Shown here piece after piece: positions 27,942 through 37,118 of a DNA stretch of 52,379 nucleotides (position 1 is the stretch's first letter; every line of letters starts with the position of its first letter). The stretch is from assembly GCA_048884785.1 (NCBI GenBank), contig JBHLQM010000013.1:1-52379 (forward strand), read 5' to 3'. The translations under genes and the position numbers were made by a program. The stretch is from Candidatus Thorarchaeota archaeon. Its GTDB lineage: Archaea > Asgardarchaeota > Thorarchaeia > Thorarchaeales > Thorarchaeaceae. The notes beneath the pieces were generated by a model. The model was not told the origin of the DNA and did no database searches. It saw only the letters and a program-made list of their open reading frames with translations.

Positions 27942-30830
27942 TTGGGGAAGAAGACAAAGAACGGCAAACAACTTCCAGGAAATCGCCTCTATGCTTTCTC
28001 ATATGCTGTAAGCTCCATGAGGGCATATCCCTTCAGAGCCCTTAGTCTAGCTTTAACACTCAGTCTTGGAGTTTCTCTCATCGGATCTGTACTTATATGG
28101 GCAGATACAGGTGTTCAAGTCAGTGTCGATGATTATTTTGATAATAACGCATTTCAGATGCTCTTGAAGAATCCCGCTGGACAAACACCGGCACTAGCTT
28201 CTGCGCAGACATACATGACCAACAGTCCGTTGATTGATTCAGCATACCGGGTGAACTCGACTGTTGGATTAGTATTTGGAACACAACTGCCTGACGATAC
28301 AGAATATGGGATAAATCAGCCGCTGTATACAGATGGAATGAAAGACTGCGAGGTAATAGTTGTCAGTAACGAGTTTCTTGATATCGCTAAAACACAATTC
28401 AGGATTGAAGGAGATTTTCAGCTAAATCCTGGTGAAACTCTTGTTTCAACACAATTTGTAAACTATGTGTATGAAGTGTTTGGTCTTACTCTAACCATCA
28501 ATTCAACCCTAGACGTGGAGGTGTTGACACGCAGGCCAACCGGACAAACTGGACTTCTTGAGGATTTGGGTCGCACAAGCATGAAATCACTGAGAATTGT
28601 TGGTATCTATGAGATTGAAGGATACAACTCTCTGATAGAAATTGCCTTTGAATCAATGATGCGAAATAATTACGTCTATATCCATTACTACCAGCCTGTT
28701 TTGGGAATTCGTGACAGCATCATGGTCCTTCCGAACGAATTTCCCTCCTCTGCCCTGTCACAGACTGGATTCTTCGGACCTCGTTCTTTCCTTCGTGCGT
28801 CCAGTCAGAATCTTATTGCAGCCGGCGTTGACTCAATGGACGAGAATCTCTTGACCCTAAAAGCCAGAGTTGACGAGGGCTATGATGTAACAGTTGAAGG
28901 CTTGGGAGAAATACTATATCTTCAGAGCATTGTCGATACGTATGTAGAAACCATGCCTCTCGTACTTCTCAATCTGCCCATCTTCATTTTAGCACTTTTC
29001 CTCTCAGTGTTTGCGGCAGATACTTTCATGGCCACTAGAAATATTGAAGTCAGTGCTTTGAGGTCAAAAGGATCGAGCTCCAATCAGGTCTATGGAATTT
29101 TCTTTGCGGAGTCTGTTGTTATTGCGGCATTTAGTACAATTGCAGGAGTTATTCTCAGTATTCTCTTTGCAGCATTGATACCCTCTGCCACGGGTTTTAT
29201 GATGTTTGACTGGGAGATGTACAACTTCTTTCTAGCTAATACAGTTTTGAAACCAGAATCAATAGTGATGTCAATCCTTCTATGCATAGTTCCACCACTG
29301 CTCTTCATTCTGAACTCAGCTAGAAAGGCTGCAATGACTGAAATTGGCATGCAGCTAATGGAGGTTTCAGAACCAATTTCGCAAGGCGGAGAGGCGTACG
29401 GATTCACTATTGGGGCCTCTATAGTCCTACTGGCAATGGTTGTCGGTTCAGTGCTATTCCTTCCTTCAAATCCAATCATGCTTTTGCTTGAGCTTGGCCT
29501 TGGCACTGCTGCGTGGTTCTTTATGGCCTATAATGGATCTCGATTCTCAAGAGTCGGGTTCGCAAGAATAACATCAAAGATGTCCTTTGTACTTGGTGAG
29601 AAAAACCTAATATCTGCAGGAAACCTCAGAATGAGAAAGGGCCGAATTGTACCCTTAATGGTTGTTCTAGCTCTAACAATGTCTTCCACAATTGCATTTA
29701 CTGTTCAGGCTGATAGCTTTAAGGCAGACCTGGACAAAGAGATTCGTTACGCAGTTGGTGCGGATCTTCGTGTTAGCACCACGCCTAGACCTTTTAGTTT
29801 CAATGAAACCATTGAGGAATATCCTGGAGTAAATAGAGCGACTCCAATTCTTAGAACTTGGGGGGGCATAGGTACAGAACGCGTCACGCTTGCAGGCATT
29901 GATGCAATTGAGTATTCGTTGATTGGTAATTTTGATGATTCCAGTTTTCCTGGGCAGGAAGCAAGCTTTATCCTATCAAGACTCGCAGCAACTCCGGATG
30001 GTATTTTACTCAGTCAATATCACGCTAACAGATGGAACAAATCAATCGGCGATTCTATAAATCTAAACGTTGGAGGACGGCTCTCTTCAGTCCTTATCAC
30101 ATTCACAGTTGTGGGCATTGTATATAGCTCACCCGGGTTTGGCTATGCTTCTGCAGAGGATATTCCGCCTGCGCGATTGGGAGCTGGCTTTGGCTTTCAG
30201 GTTGGTTATTCTGGGCTGGCTTTGGCAAATATTGATTATGTATCTGAATTCACAGATATCTCATCAGCTACCATGTTCCTTGCTGATTTGGTATGCGTCA
30301 CAAATCAGGAGATGGTTCTCCGTGCCCTTCGTGATATTACTGGTGTTTCGGCAACCACTCCGGAAACATTCGATTTGACAGGCTTTTCGTTTGGTACTGC
30401 CTTGTTTCTAAGTACTATAGAAGGTCTTTTCTCAATTGGTTTTGCGATGTCATTAATCCTCAGCATGTTTGCCCTTACACTCTTTTTGGGGTCAATTGTT
30501 CGGGAGAGGAAGCGAGATTATGCTATACTGCGTGCAGTAGGAGGTTCGAAGCAGCAAATAGTGAGAGTAGTTCTATCAGAATTTACAGGAATTGTGTTTG
30601 CATCACTTACTCTCAGTCTTGTTCTAGGTACTCTATTTGGCTATGTAATGAGTACAATCATCTTTTCCATGAGTCCTTTTGCACGAACACTTGCAGCCTT
30701 TATTACATTCCCAATCGGTTTCCTCACAATAGTTCTGTTGGTAGAGATAATTGCGATGATTGCTGGTGCCTACATACCTGCCAAGGAGGCTTCAAAGACT
30801 GATCCTGCGATTGTGTTACGAAATCTATGA
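27942..30830 (+). CDS. FtsX/MacB-like ABC permease (duplicated architecture), subunit 1
   Basis: Two large extracytoplasmic domains; RNIEVSALRSKGSS and ERKRDYAILRAVGGS coupling motifs; VGADLRV; PAKEASKTDPAIVLR. Confidence 0.9.
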   Translation: MGKKTKNGKQLPGNRLYAFSYAVSSMRAYPFRALSLALTLSLGVSLIGSVLIWADTGVQVSVDDYFDNNAFQMLLKNPAGQTPALASAQTYMTNSPLIDSAYRVNSTVGLVFGTQLPDDTEYGINQPLYTDGMKDCEVIVVSNEFLDIAKTQFRIEGDFQLNPGETLVSTQFVNYVYEVFGLTLTINSTLDVEVLTRRPTGQTGLLEDLGRTSMKSLRIVGIYEIEGYNSLIEIAFESMMRNNYVYIHYYQPVLGIRDSIMVLPNEFPSSALSQTGFFGPRSFLRASSQNLIAAGVDSMDENLLTLKARVDEGYDVTVEGLGEILYLQSIVDTYVETMPLVLLNLPIFILALFLSVFAADTFMATRNIEVSALRSKGSSSNQVYGIFFAESVVIAAFSTIAGVILSILFAALIPSATGFMMFDWEMYNFFLANTVLKPESIVMSILLCIVPPLLFILNSARKAAMTEIGMQLMEVSEPISQGGEAYGFTIGASIVLLAMVVGSVLFLPSNPIMLLLELGLGTAAWFFMAYNGSRFSRVGFARITSKMSFVLGEKNLISAGNLRMRKGRIVPLMVVLALTMSSTIAFTVQADSFKADLDKEIRYAVGADLRVSTTPRPFSFNETIEEYPGVNRATPILRTWGGIGTERVTLAGIDAIEYSLIGNFDDSSFPGQEASFILSRLAATPDGILLSQYHANRWNKSIGDSINLNVGGRLSSVLITFTVVGIVYSSPGFGYASAEDIPPARLGAGFGFQVGYSGLALANIDYVSEFTDISSATMFLADLVCVTNQEMVLRALRDITGVSATTPETFDLTGFSFGTALFLSTIEGLFSIGFAMSLILSMFALTLFLGSIVRERKRDYAILRAVGGSKQQIVRVVLSEFTGIVFASLTLSLVLGTLFGYVMSTIIFSMSPFARTLAAFITFPIGFLTIVLLVEIIAMIAGAYIPAKEASKTDPAIVLRNL

Positions 30831-30839
30831 GGAACAAAG

Positions 30840-33749
30840 ATGATAGAAGAGAGGAGATCAATCCAACTCAAAGGAAGTCCATTATGGGCACTAAGCTATG
30901 CCATGACATCGTTGCGAAACTATCCAATTCGAAATATGGGAATAGCTGTGGTATTGGCCATTGGTATTGCCCTTCCTACTACTGTTTTTGTTTGGGCCGA
31001 TACTGGGACGAATATGGTGGTGCACGATTACTTTGATGAGTCTACTTATCAAATGAGTCTACAGCTAAAACCATCAGCGCTCTACGATTGGAGAATGCTG
31101 GATGATATTATTGCCACTGCGCAGAACAACCCTTTTACACAATATGTTCACAGAGTTGTTTCGACTGTCGGAATACTGTCAAATGAAACATTGCCCTTCT
31201 GGAATACATATGATATTAATGGACTGAATTACATATATGGCATCAAGGATACTCGTACAATCTTTGTGGACAACCATCTTCTTGGCAACTGGTCACGGGA
31301 GTTCGATTATCAGGGCAAATTCGAATTGGAGCTTGGCGAGGTTTTGGTCTCGCAGGGATTTATCGACTACACCTATGAAGTTCATGGTATACTGCTCAAG
31401 ATTGGCGATCAGATTGATTTTGATATACTAGCACATGCGCAGCTCACAGCTGGACGAAAACCGTGGCAAGAACTGCATGTAGTTCGCTCTGAGAACCTCA
31501 CAATCGCAGGGGTCTATCAAGCGAAACTCATCAGGTCCCAACTAGTCGATGCCTTTCCAAGCATAATGCGGAAGAATTGGGATCCGCTGGCGCTTGAGAG
31601 TGATCCTGTTCTCGGAATAGACGATTCAGTAATGATTCGTATTGATGATGTCACACAAGAAGTAGTTGACGAGATTGGATCTTGGGGCTATTTCAAATTC
31701 GCAATACTAATCAGAGCATCTGAATCTGCTCTCCTACAGGCAGGGGCAGTAAATATTGGAGATAATCTGATTACATTCAAAACTCAATACGAAGAAACCT
31801 ATCCTTCCTATCAAGTGAGTGGACTACGCGATATCTGGAGGCTTGAAGCTGCAATAAACACCTTTCTTCAGAGTCAAATACTAACTGTCGTGGCATTTCC
31901 GGTGTTGATAATGAGCCTTATGTTGACAGTTTTCACATCTGAAACTTCGATCTCTAGAAGAAAGGGAGAAATCAGTGCACTGAGGTCAAAGGGAGCATCG
32001 TTTAACCAAGTTTTTGCCACATTTATGTGGGAGTCACTATTTCTCAGTCTTCTTGGACTTGCTCTAGGTATAGGCATATCCTTTATTCTAGGTCCTTTAA
32101 TTGGAGCATCAATCAACCTATTCCTGTTTGACTTCAATCTCTATGGTCAGTTTATTACGAATCTGACAATTTCACCCCTTGCATTAATAATCGCCACTGC
32201 TATCGCCATGTATCTCCCGGCTGCCTACTTGCTACATGTTGCTCGAAGGATTGATGTTTCAGAGGTTGGTCAACCCATCTCTGAACAGGCTGAGGAAGGC
32301 GCTGAGATGGGCAGCGTCTGGCCATATGCACTTGGACTTGGTGCTGTATTGTCTACTCTTATTGCATTGCCAGTAATCTTCATTCCAACAGGAATCCTGG
32401 CTATAGGTCAGATACTAATATCGACTCTCCTGCTCTTTGTGGCGTCATATCTTGGATCTCGAACAATGCGACTCGTAACGGCCAAGCTTTCCGGCAGTAC
32501 GAACTTCCTTCTTGGAGAAAAATCGCTCTACCTGAGCCAAAGCCTGAGAAAACGAAAGGGACAATTCATTCCCCTTCTAGTCATTCTCACAATAACACTT
32601 ACTACAACTACCATGATGCTTGTCCAAACGGCAAGTTTTGAAGCCACAATGCAAAACGAATTGGCATATTCGATTGGAGCGGATATGAGGATTGAGTCGG
32701 ATCCCAAACCCTTGAACTTCAATGAAACCTTAAGACATTATCCTGGAGTGATTTCATCCACACCAGTGATTGAAACATGGGCACAAGTTGGCACGAATAG
32801 ATTCTTCCTCGAGGCTGTAGATGCCCTGAACTATTTGAGAATTGGGTCGTTCTCAGATGACAGCTTTTTTGGAAATGACTCAACATCAGTTTTAACGGCT
32901 CTCAACGAGCAACCGAATGGGATTGTTATAAGCAAATATTATTCGGAGCTTTGGAACAAAACAGTAGGCAATAGCATCTTGGTCTACTTCGGAGGTGCAA
33001 ACGGAACACGTATCGTTTCATTCGAGATAGTAGGGATTGTCCTGAGTGCGCCTGGATTTGGTGTAGCGTCGACTGAAGATCTCACAGGTGCTTCCTTTGC
33101 CTCACAATTTGGATTCCAGGTTGGCCAGGGTGGATTTGCGCTTGTAAATCTGCGATTCATCTCTGAGATTGGCTCACTCCATATGTCTGACCTAACTTTT
33201 GTTGATGCCACCTGCTACGCCGATATACAACCAGTCATTGTATCGCTTCAACAGGAAAAGAACCTCAATGTCTATACTCCTCAAACATTTGATATAAAGA
33301 CTCAATCCGTTTCAATACGGCTGTTTCTATCAGGAATCCAGGGCTTAACGACAATCTCATACCTCCTTTGTGCAGCAATGGGTCTGTCGGCAATAGCTCT
33401 CTTCCTAGGCTCTGCCGTTCTTGAGCGACGTTCCGAATACGCACTATTCAGAGCGCTGGGTGGCACTCAGAGGCAAGTGATCTCGATGGTCTTTGGAGAA
33501 TTCGCGGGGTCAGTGGTCGCAGCCATCTCGATTAGTGTCATTTTGGGCTTCTTCTTTGGGTACGCACTGAGCATCATGACTTTTGGTATCTCGCCGTTCA
33601 CACCAGTACTGCCTGAGGTCCTGGCGTATCCATTCATGATGATGCTAGTGACGATTGCTGCTGAGAGCGCGGTTATGCTTGCATCCTGTTACATTCCTGC
33701 AAAGCGCGCAGGCGCAGTGAATCCTGCAACCGCATTAAGAAACTTGTGA
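30840..33749 (+). CDS. FtsX/MacB-like ABC permease (duplicated architecture), subunit 2
   Basis: Paralogue of the upstream gene: RRKGEISALRSKGAS, ERRSEYALFRALGGT, IGADMRI, PAKRAGAVNPATALR. Confidence 0.9.
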   Translation: MIEERRSIQLKGSPLWALSYAMTSLRNYPIRNMGIAVVLAIGIALPTTVFVWADTGTNMVVHDYFDESTYQMSLQLKPSALYDWRMLDDIIATAQNNPFTQYVHRVVSTVGILSNETLPFWNTYDINGLNYIYGIKDTRTIFVDNHLLGNWSREFDYQGKFELELGEVLVSQGFIDYTYEVHGILLKIGDQIDFDILAHAQLTAGRKPWQELHVVRSENLTIAGVYQAKLIRSQLVDAFPSIMRKNWDPLALESDPVLGIDDSVMIRIDDVTQEVVDEIGSWGYFKFAILIRASESALLQAGAVNIGDNLITFKTQYEETYPSYQVSGLRDIWRLEAAINTFLQSQILTVVAFPVLIMSLMLTVFTSETSISRRKGEISALRSKGASFNQVFATFMWESLFLSLLGLALGIGISFILGPLIGASINLFLFDFNLYGQFITNLTISPLALIIATAIAMYLPAAYLLHVARRIDVSEVGQPISEQAEEGAEMGSVWPYALGLGAVLSTLIALPVIFIPTGILAIGQILISTLLLFVASYLGSRTMRLVTAKLSGSTNFLLGEKSLYLSQSLRKRKGQFIPLLVILTITLTTTTMMLVQTASFEATMQNELAYSIGADMRIESDPKPLNFNETLRHYPGVISSTPVIETWAQVGTNRFFLEAVDALNYLRIGSFSDDSFFGNDSTSVLTALNEQPNGIVISKYYSELWNKTVGNSILVYFGGANGTRIVSFEIVGIVLSAPGFGVASTEDLTGASFASQFGFQVGQGGFALVNLRFISEIGSLHMSDLTFVDATCYADIQPVIVSLQQEKNLNVYTPQTFDIKTQSVSIRLFLSGIQGLTTISYLLCAAMGLSAIALFLGSAVLERRSEYALFRALGGTQRQVISMVFGEFAGSVVAAISISVILGFFFGYALSIMTFGISPFTPVLPEVLAYPFMMMLVTIAAESAVMLASCYIPAKRAGAVNPATALRNL

Positions 33750-33755
33750 GGGACA

Positions 33756-33813
33756 TGCTATGATGAAAACTAAGACCAGTGCGCAGCTCACAACTCTTAT
33801 TTGCGACATAGCA
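33756..33813 (+). other. Intra-operon stem-loop
   Basis: TGCTATG/CATAGCA 7-bp closing stem plus AAACTAAGA/TCTTATTT inner stem, just upstream of a GGAGG SD. Confidence 0.45.
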
Positions 33814-33826
33814 AAATTGGAGGTTA

Positions 33827-34849
33827 GTGACTAAGATGGTCAGTGCCGAATCGCTTGATTTGTATGGGGCATACCCTGATGATGTTGTGGTAAGCGTCGA
33901 GAACGTGTACAAGATATTCAAGACGCACGAACTCGAAGTTGTAGCCCTTAGTGGCGTGTCCCTTCAGATTCTCGAAGGCAAAATAATGTGCATGGTTGGT
34001 CCCAGCGGGTCTGGAAAGACCACATTGACAAACATAATCGGCGGCATAACAAAGGCTACTGTTGGAAAGGTCTACTGGGCGAATCTTCGTTCCGACATCA
34101 CCAAGCTGAGCGAACGGATACTGACAGAGGCGCGAAGGAGTTTCATTGGTTTCATCTTTCAGGTGAATAACCTCCTTCCACATCTAAATGCTTGGCAGAA
34201 TGTAGAGCTTGCAGCAAGGATTGCAGGAGTGCCGAAGAAGGTTCGGCAGGAACGCGTTGATCGGCTCATTAAGCTTGTTGGACTTGAAGAACGAAAGCGT
34301 AACAAAGCCACAACTCTCTCAGGTGGTGAACGTTCACGAGTAGCTATTGCAAGCGCTCTGGTCAACTTAATCGATACAGAAGGCAAAGGGCTTGTGCTTT
34401 GTGATGAGCCCACGGGAGACCTCGACCCGGAAACTGCACAACGTATCCTTGAGCTCTTCAAAGAGCTCAATGAAACCCTTGGAACATCATTCTTCATCGT
34501 TACACACAGTCAGCAGGTCGCCTCAATGGCAGACGTGACTGTGGAGATTCGTGATGGTATCGTTTCAGGATTCCACCAGACTGGCATCGACCTTGACGAG
34601 CTTGGCGGGACACGAATTGTACGGCTCGATAACAACTATCGACTTCCGATGCCTACTGACCTTCTCGAGCTTGCTGGGAATCCATCTGAGTTCAGCATAA
34701 GCTATGACAACAATCGATTCATCCTTGTACCTCAGACAGGTGAAGTTGTTGATGCCATGAGAGTTCAGAAGACGCGAACATGTAGAGTCTGTGGTAACGA
34801 AATCGCTCAAGGCAAGTTCATATGTTCTAACTGCGGCAGCACAGTATAG
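33827..34849 (+). CDS. ABC ATP-binding protein (LolD/MacB family) with C-terminal AbrB-like domain and Zn ribbon
   Basis: GPSGSGKT, LSGGER, VLCDEPTGDLD, VTHS; tail VRLDNNYRLPMP... and CRVC...CSNC. Confidence 0.9.
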   Translation: MTKMVSAESLDLYGAYPDDVVVSVENVYKIFKTHELEVVALSGVSLQILEGKIMCMVGPSGSGKTTLTNIIGGITKATVGKVYWANLRSDITKLSERILTEARRSFIGFIFQVNNLLPHLNAWQNVELAARIAGVPKKVRQERVDRLIKLVGLEERKRNKATTLSGGERSRVAIASALVNLIDTEGKGLVLCDEPTGDLDPETAQRILELFKELNETLGTSFFIVTHSQQVASMADVTVEIRDGIVSGFHQTGIDLDELGGTRIVRLDNNYRLPMPTDLLELAGNPSEFSISYDNNRFILVPQTGEVVDAMRVQKTRTCRVCGNEIAQGKFICSNCGSTV

Positions 34850-34868
34850 AAGCTGTGGTGTCGAGAGG

Positions 34869-36701
34869 ATGGACAGGATACAGTCTGCAGTATTTGTCCT
34901 ACTGCTATTCATATTCATAGGCAGTCTGATGTCCCTGCTATTCTCTCTTGCTTTTCAGTATCCCATAGCAAGAACTGTACCAATGACAGAGGATCAATAT
35001 GACACATCATTCTGGGATTTGACTACAGCAACAACAGATCCTCTCAACGTCATGAACATGTCTGATGAGACTAGCACCATTCAGACCGATGAAGGCCTTG
35101 TTCAGCTAAAGAGTTGGCAGTTTTCTTACTACAGTGAAACATTCCATGACATTGAGATACGAATCAACTCAATTCTTGTCAGACCTGCAACTCTTGTGTC
35201 CGAAGCTCCTGCAATCCTGGTTCTGCATGGGTATGGTAGCAGCTCCATGGGCTTCATAGATTTCATCAATCAGATTGCATCTGCTGGTTACTATGTATTG
35301 GGGATAGATGCTCCTGGTGCCGGTATATCTACTCCATATCCCCCGTTGAATCCCTATACGTTCTTCGATGTATCTGATGGGCCAGAGTCATCACATATTT
35401 TTCATTCTGTGTGGTCAGCAGCCAGGGCAATCACATTCCTTGAGTCATTGCCCTACGTAAACTCTACAATACTGCTCGGTGGCTCGATGGGCGCACTTGA
35501 AACATTCATACTCTCCGCTATAGATTCGCGTGTGGATGGTTCGATCCCGATGATTGCTGGAGGCAATCTTCATGAGTCCATTTATTCTGGGTCTCTCTTG
35601 AATAGTCTAATCAATCCTAACTATGAGATTGGATCCGATGAGCTTGAGGACTTGCAGAGGTGGTTTGACCCCATAGCCTATGCTAGACTACTCACCCGTC
35701 CTATCTTTATGCTCTATGGGACGAACGACCCATTCTTTGTCCTTTCTGGCATTCAGCAGACAGTGGATGCGATAGAAGCCCCTCTCACGCTAAGCATTCG
35801 ACCAAATTCAGGTCATGTGATCGATATGTCATGGAGTAGGCTGGTGGCTAGATGGCTGGATGAAAACTTTCGGGGTGGTATTGCCTATCCGAGAGTTAGC
35901 ACCCGAGCGAGTCAATTGCTCACGCTTCAAGGTTGGACTCTACATATATCTGCAAACTCTTCTGAGAATGTGCCACTCCAAGTATTCTGGCGTACGGCTG
36001 ACCCCGGATCCGTCTGGGCGACCACCCCAATGAGAAGAGTTGGTGATTCCTATGAGATTGACATCACTCCTCTGCATCTCGGTAAAGTTACCTATTTTGT
36101 CTGCGCGGTCGAAATGGAATACATCTGGGCATCAACAAAAATCTCTGAGGGAAGTGGCGGCAGCTTCTTCATGCCAGCCCTTGCGGCAATATCAGGGATA
36201 GGAGTATACCTGATATCTGGACTGACTGGATGGCGTTTGACGAAGGCACTCATTATCAGAGAATTTCCCATGTTTACTGGATTGATAATGATCGCACTTG
36301 GATTTCTCTTGCCCTTCTACGGTATCACTGGACGTGTTCAATTATCAATCCTTGAATTCGTTGAAGTCTACGGGATGATTCTAGGATTGGGTGGCTGGTT
36401 TTTATCTCTGACTCTACTTGTTTTGTGCTATATTATAGCCGTTTCTGCTCTGCGTCATCAGTTATCATTCAGACTAGTATTGCTTGTATGGTTTCCACTC
36501 CTTGTCATTATCACTATAGCATACATCTTTTTTGCAGGAGTCTTCGCAGTCGCAGGGGGCTTGACATCAGTGTACAGTGGCATTGGAGCATTCCTCCTCC
36601 TTTTTGCAGTTCCTGTTATGATGATTCTAGAGTCTTTCTTTAACAAGATCGTTTTTAGTTCTACGAATATCCTTCCGGTTCCGGAGAGTCTACCCTCCTA
36701 A
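34869..36701 (+). CDS. Membrane-bound alpha/beta hydrolase (acetylxylan esterase/peptidase S9-like)
   Basis: LHGYG, GGSMG nucleophile, GTND, SGH triad; N-terminal TM, Ig-like linker and ~5 C-terminal TMs. Confidence 0.82.
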   Translation: MDRIQSAVFVLLLFIFIGSLMSLLFSLAFQYPIARTVPMTEDQYDTSFWDLTTATTDPLNVMNMSDETSTIQTDEGLVQLKSWQFSYYSETFHDIEIRINSILVRPATLVSEAPAILVLHGYGSSSMGFIDFINQIASAGYYVLGIDAPGAGISTPYPPLNPYTFFDVSDGPESSHIFHSVWSAARAITFLESLPYVNSTILLGGSMGALETFILSAIDSRVDGSIPMIAGGNLHESIYSGSLLNSLINPNYEIGSDELEDLQRWFDPIAYARLLTRPIFMLYGTNDPFFVLSGIQQTVDAIEAPLTLSIRPNSGHVIDMSWSRLVARWLDENFRGGIAYPRVSTRASQLLTLQGWTLHISANSSENVPLQVFWRTADPGSVWATTPMRRVGDSYEIDITPLHLGKVTYFVCAVEMEYIWASTKISEGSGGSFFMPALAAISGIGVYLISGLTGWRLTKALIIREFPMFTGLIMIALGFLLPFYGITGRVQLSILEFVEVYGMILGLGGWFLSLTLLVLCYIIAVSALRHQLSFRLVLLVWFPLLVIITIAYIFFAGVFAVAGGLTSVYSGIGAFLLLFAVPVMMILESFFNKIVFSSTNILPVPESLPS

Positions 36702-37092
36702 AAAGAGCCACAAGTTCCTCAATGCACCTCCAGTTGCCCATGAGATTTCTAATGCGCAATCGAAGACGCCTTAACATCTTCACCTTTTTCAGTTCCAATG
36801 CGCGTTCCAATGATTTGCATAGTTCGATGCCTTCTGCATCAAAATCGGTTAAAATCAGTACATTTCCCTTTGGCCCTGAATAGTCAGCAATGGAATCAAT
36901 GAGTTGTTCCCTTGTTTTCAATGTCTGAGTCTTTATGATTTGCCCCTTCACACCAAGATTTCTTAGGATTGCTTCATCTCTATTTCCCTCAACAATGATG
37001 AGCAAGGGGTCATATTTGATTTCTATACTACGAAGCAATTCTATCAATGTTCGTTCATTATCTCTGAGTGGCCTATCACTTCTATAGTCCAA
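36661..37092 (-). CDS. Small TOPRIM domain protein
   Basis: IIVEGNRD and ILTDFDAEG motifs. Confidence 0.88.
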   Translation of the reverse strand: MDYRSDRPLRDNERTLIELLRSIEIKYDPLLIIVEGNRDEAILRNLGVKGQIIKTQTLKTREQLIDSIADYSGPKGNVLILTDFDAEGIELCKSLERALELKKVKMLRRLRLRIRNLMGNWRCIEELVALFRRVDSPEPEGYS

Positions 37093-37118
37093 TCAGTTCA
37101 TCTCCATTCCGTTTCTCA

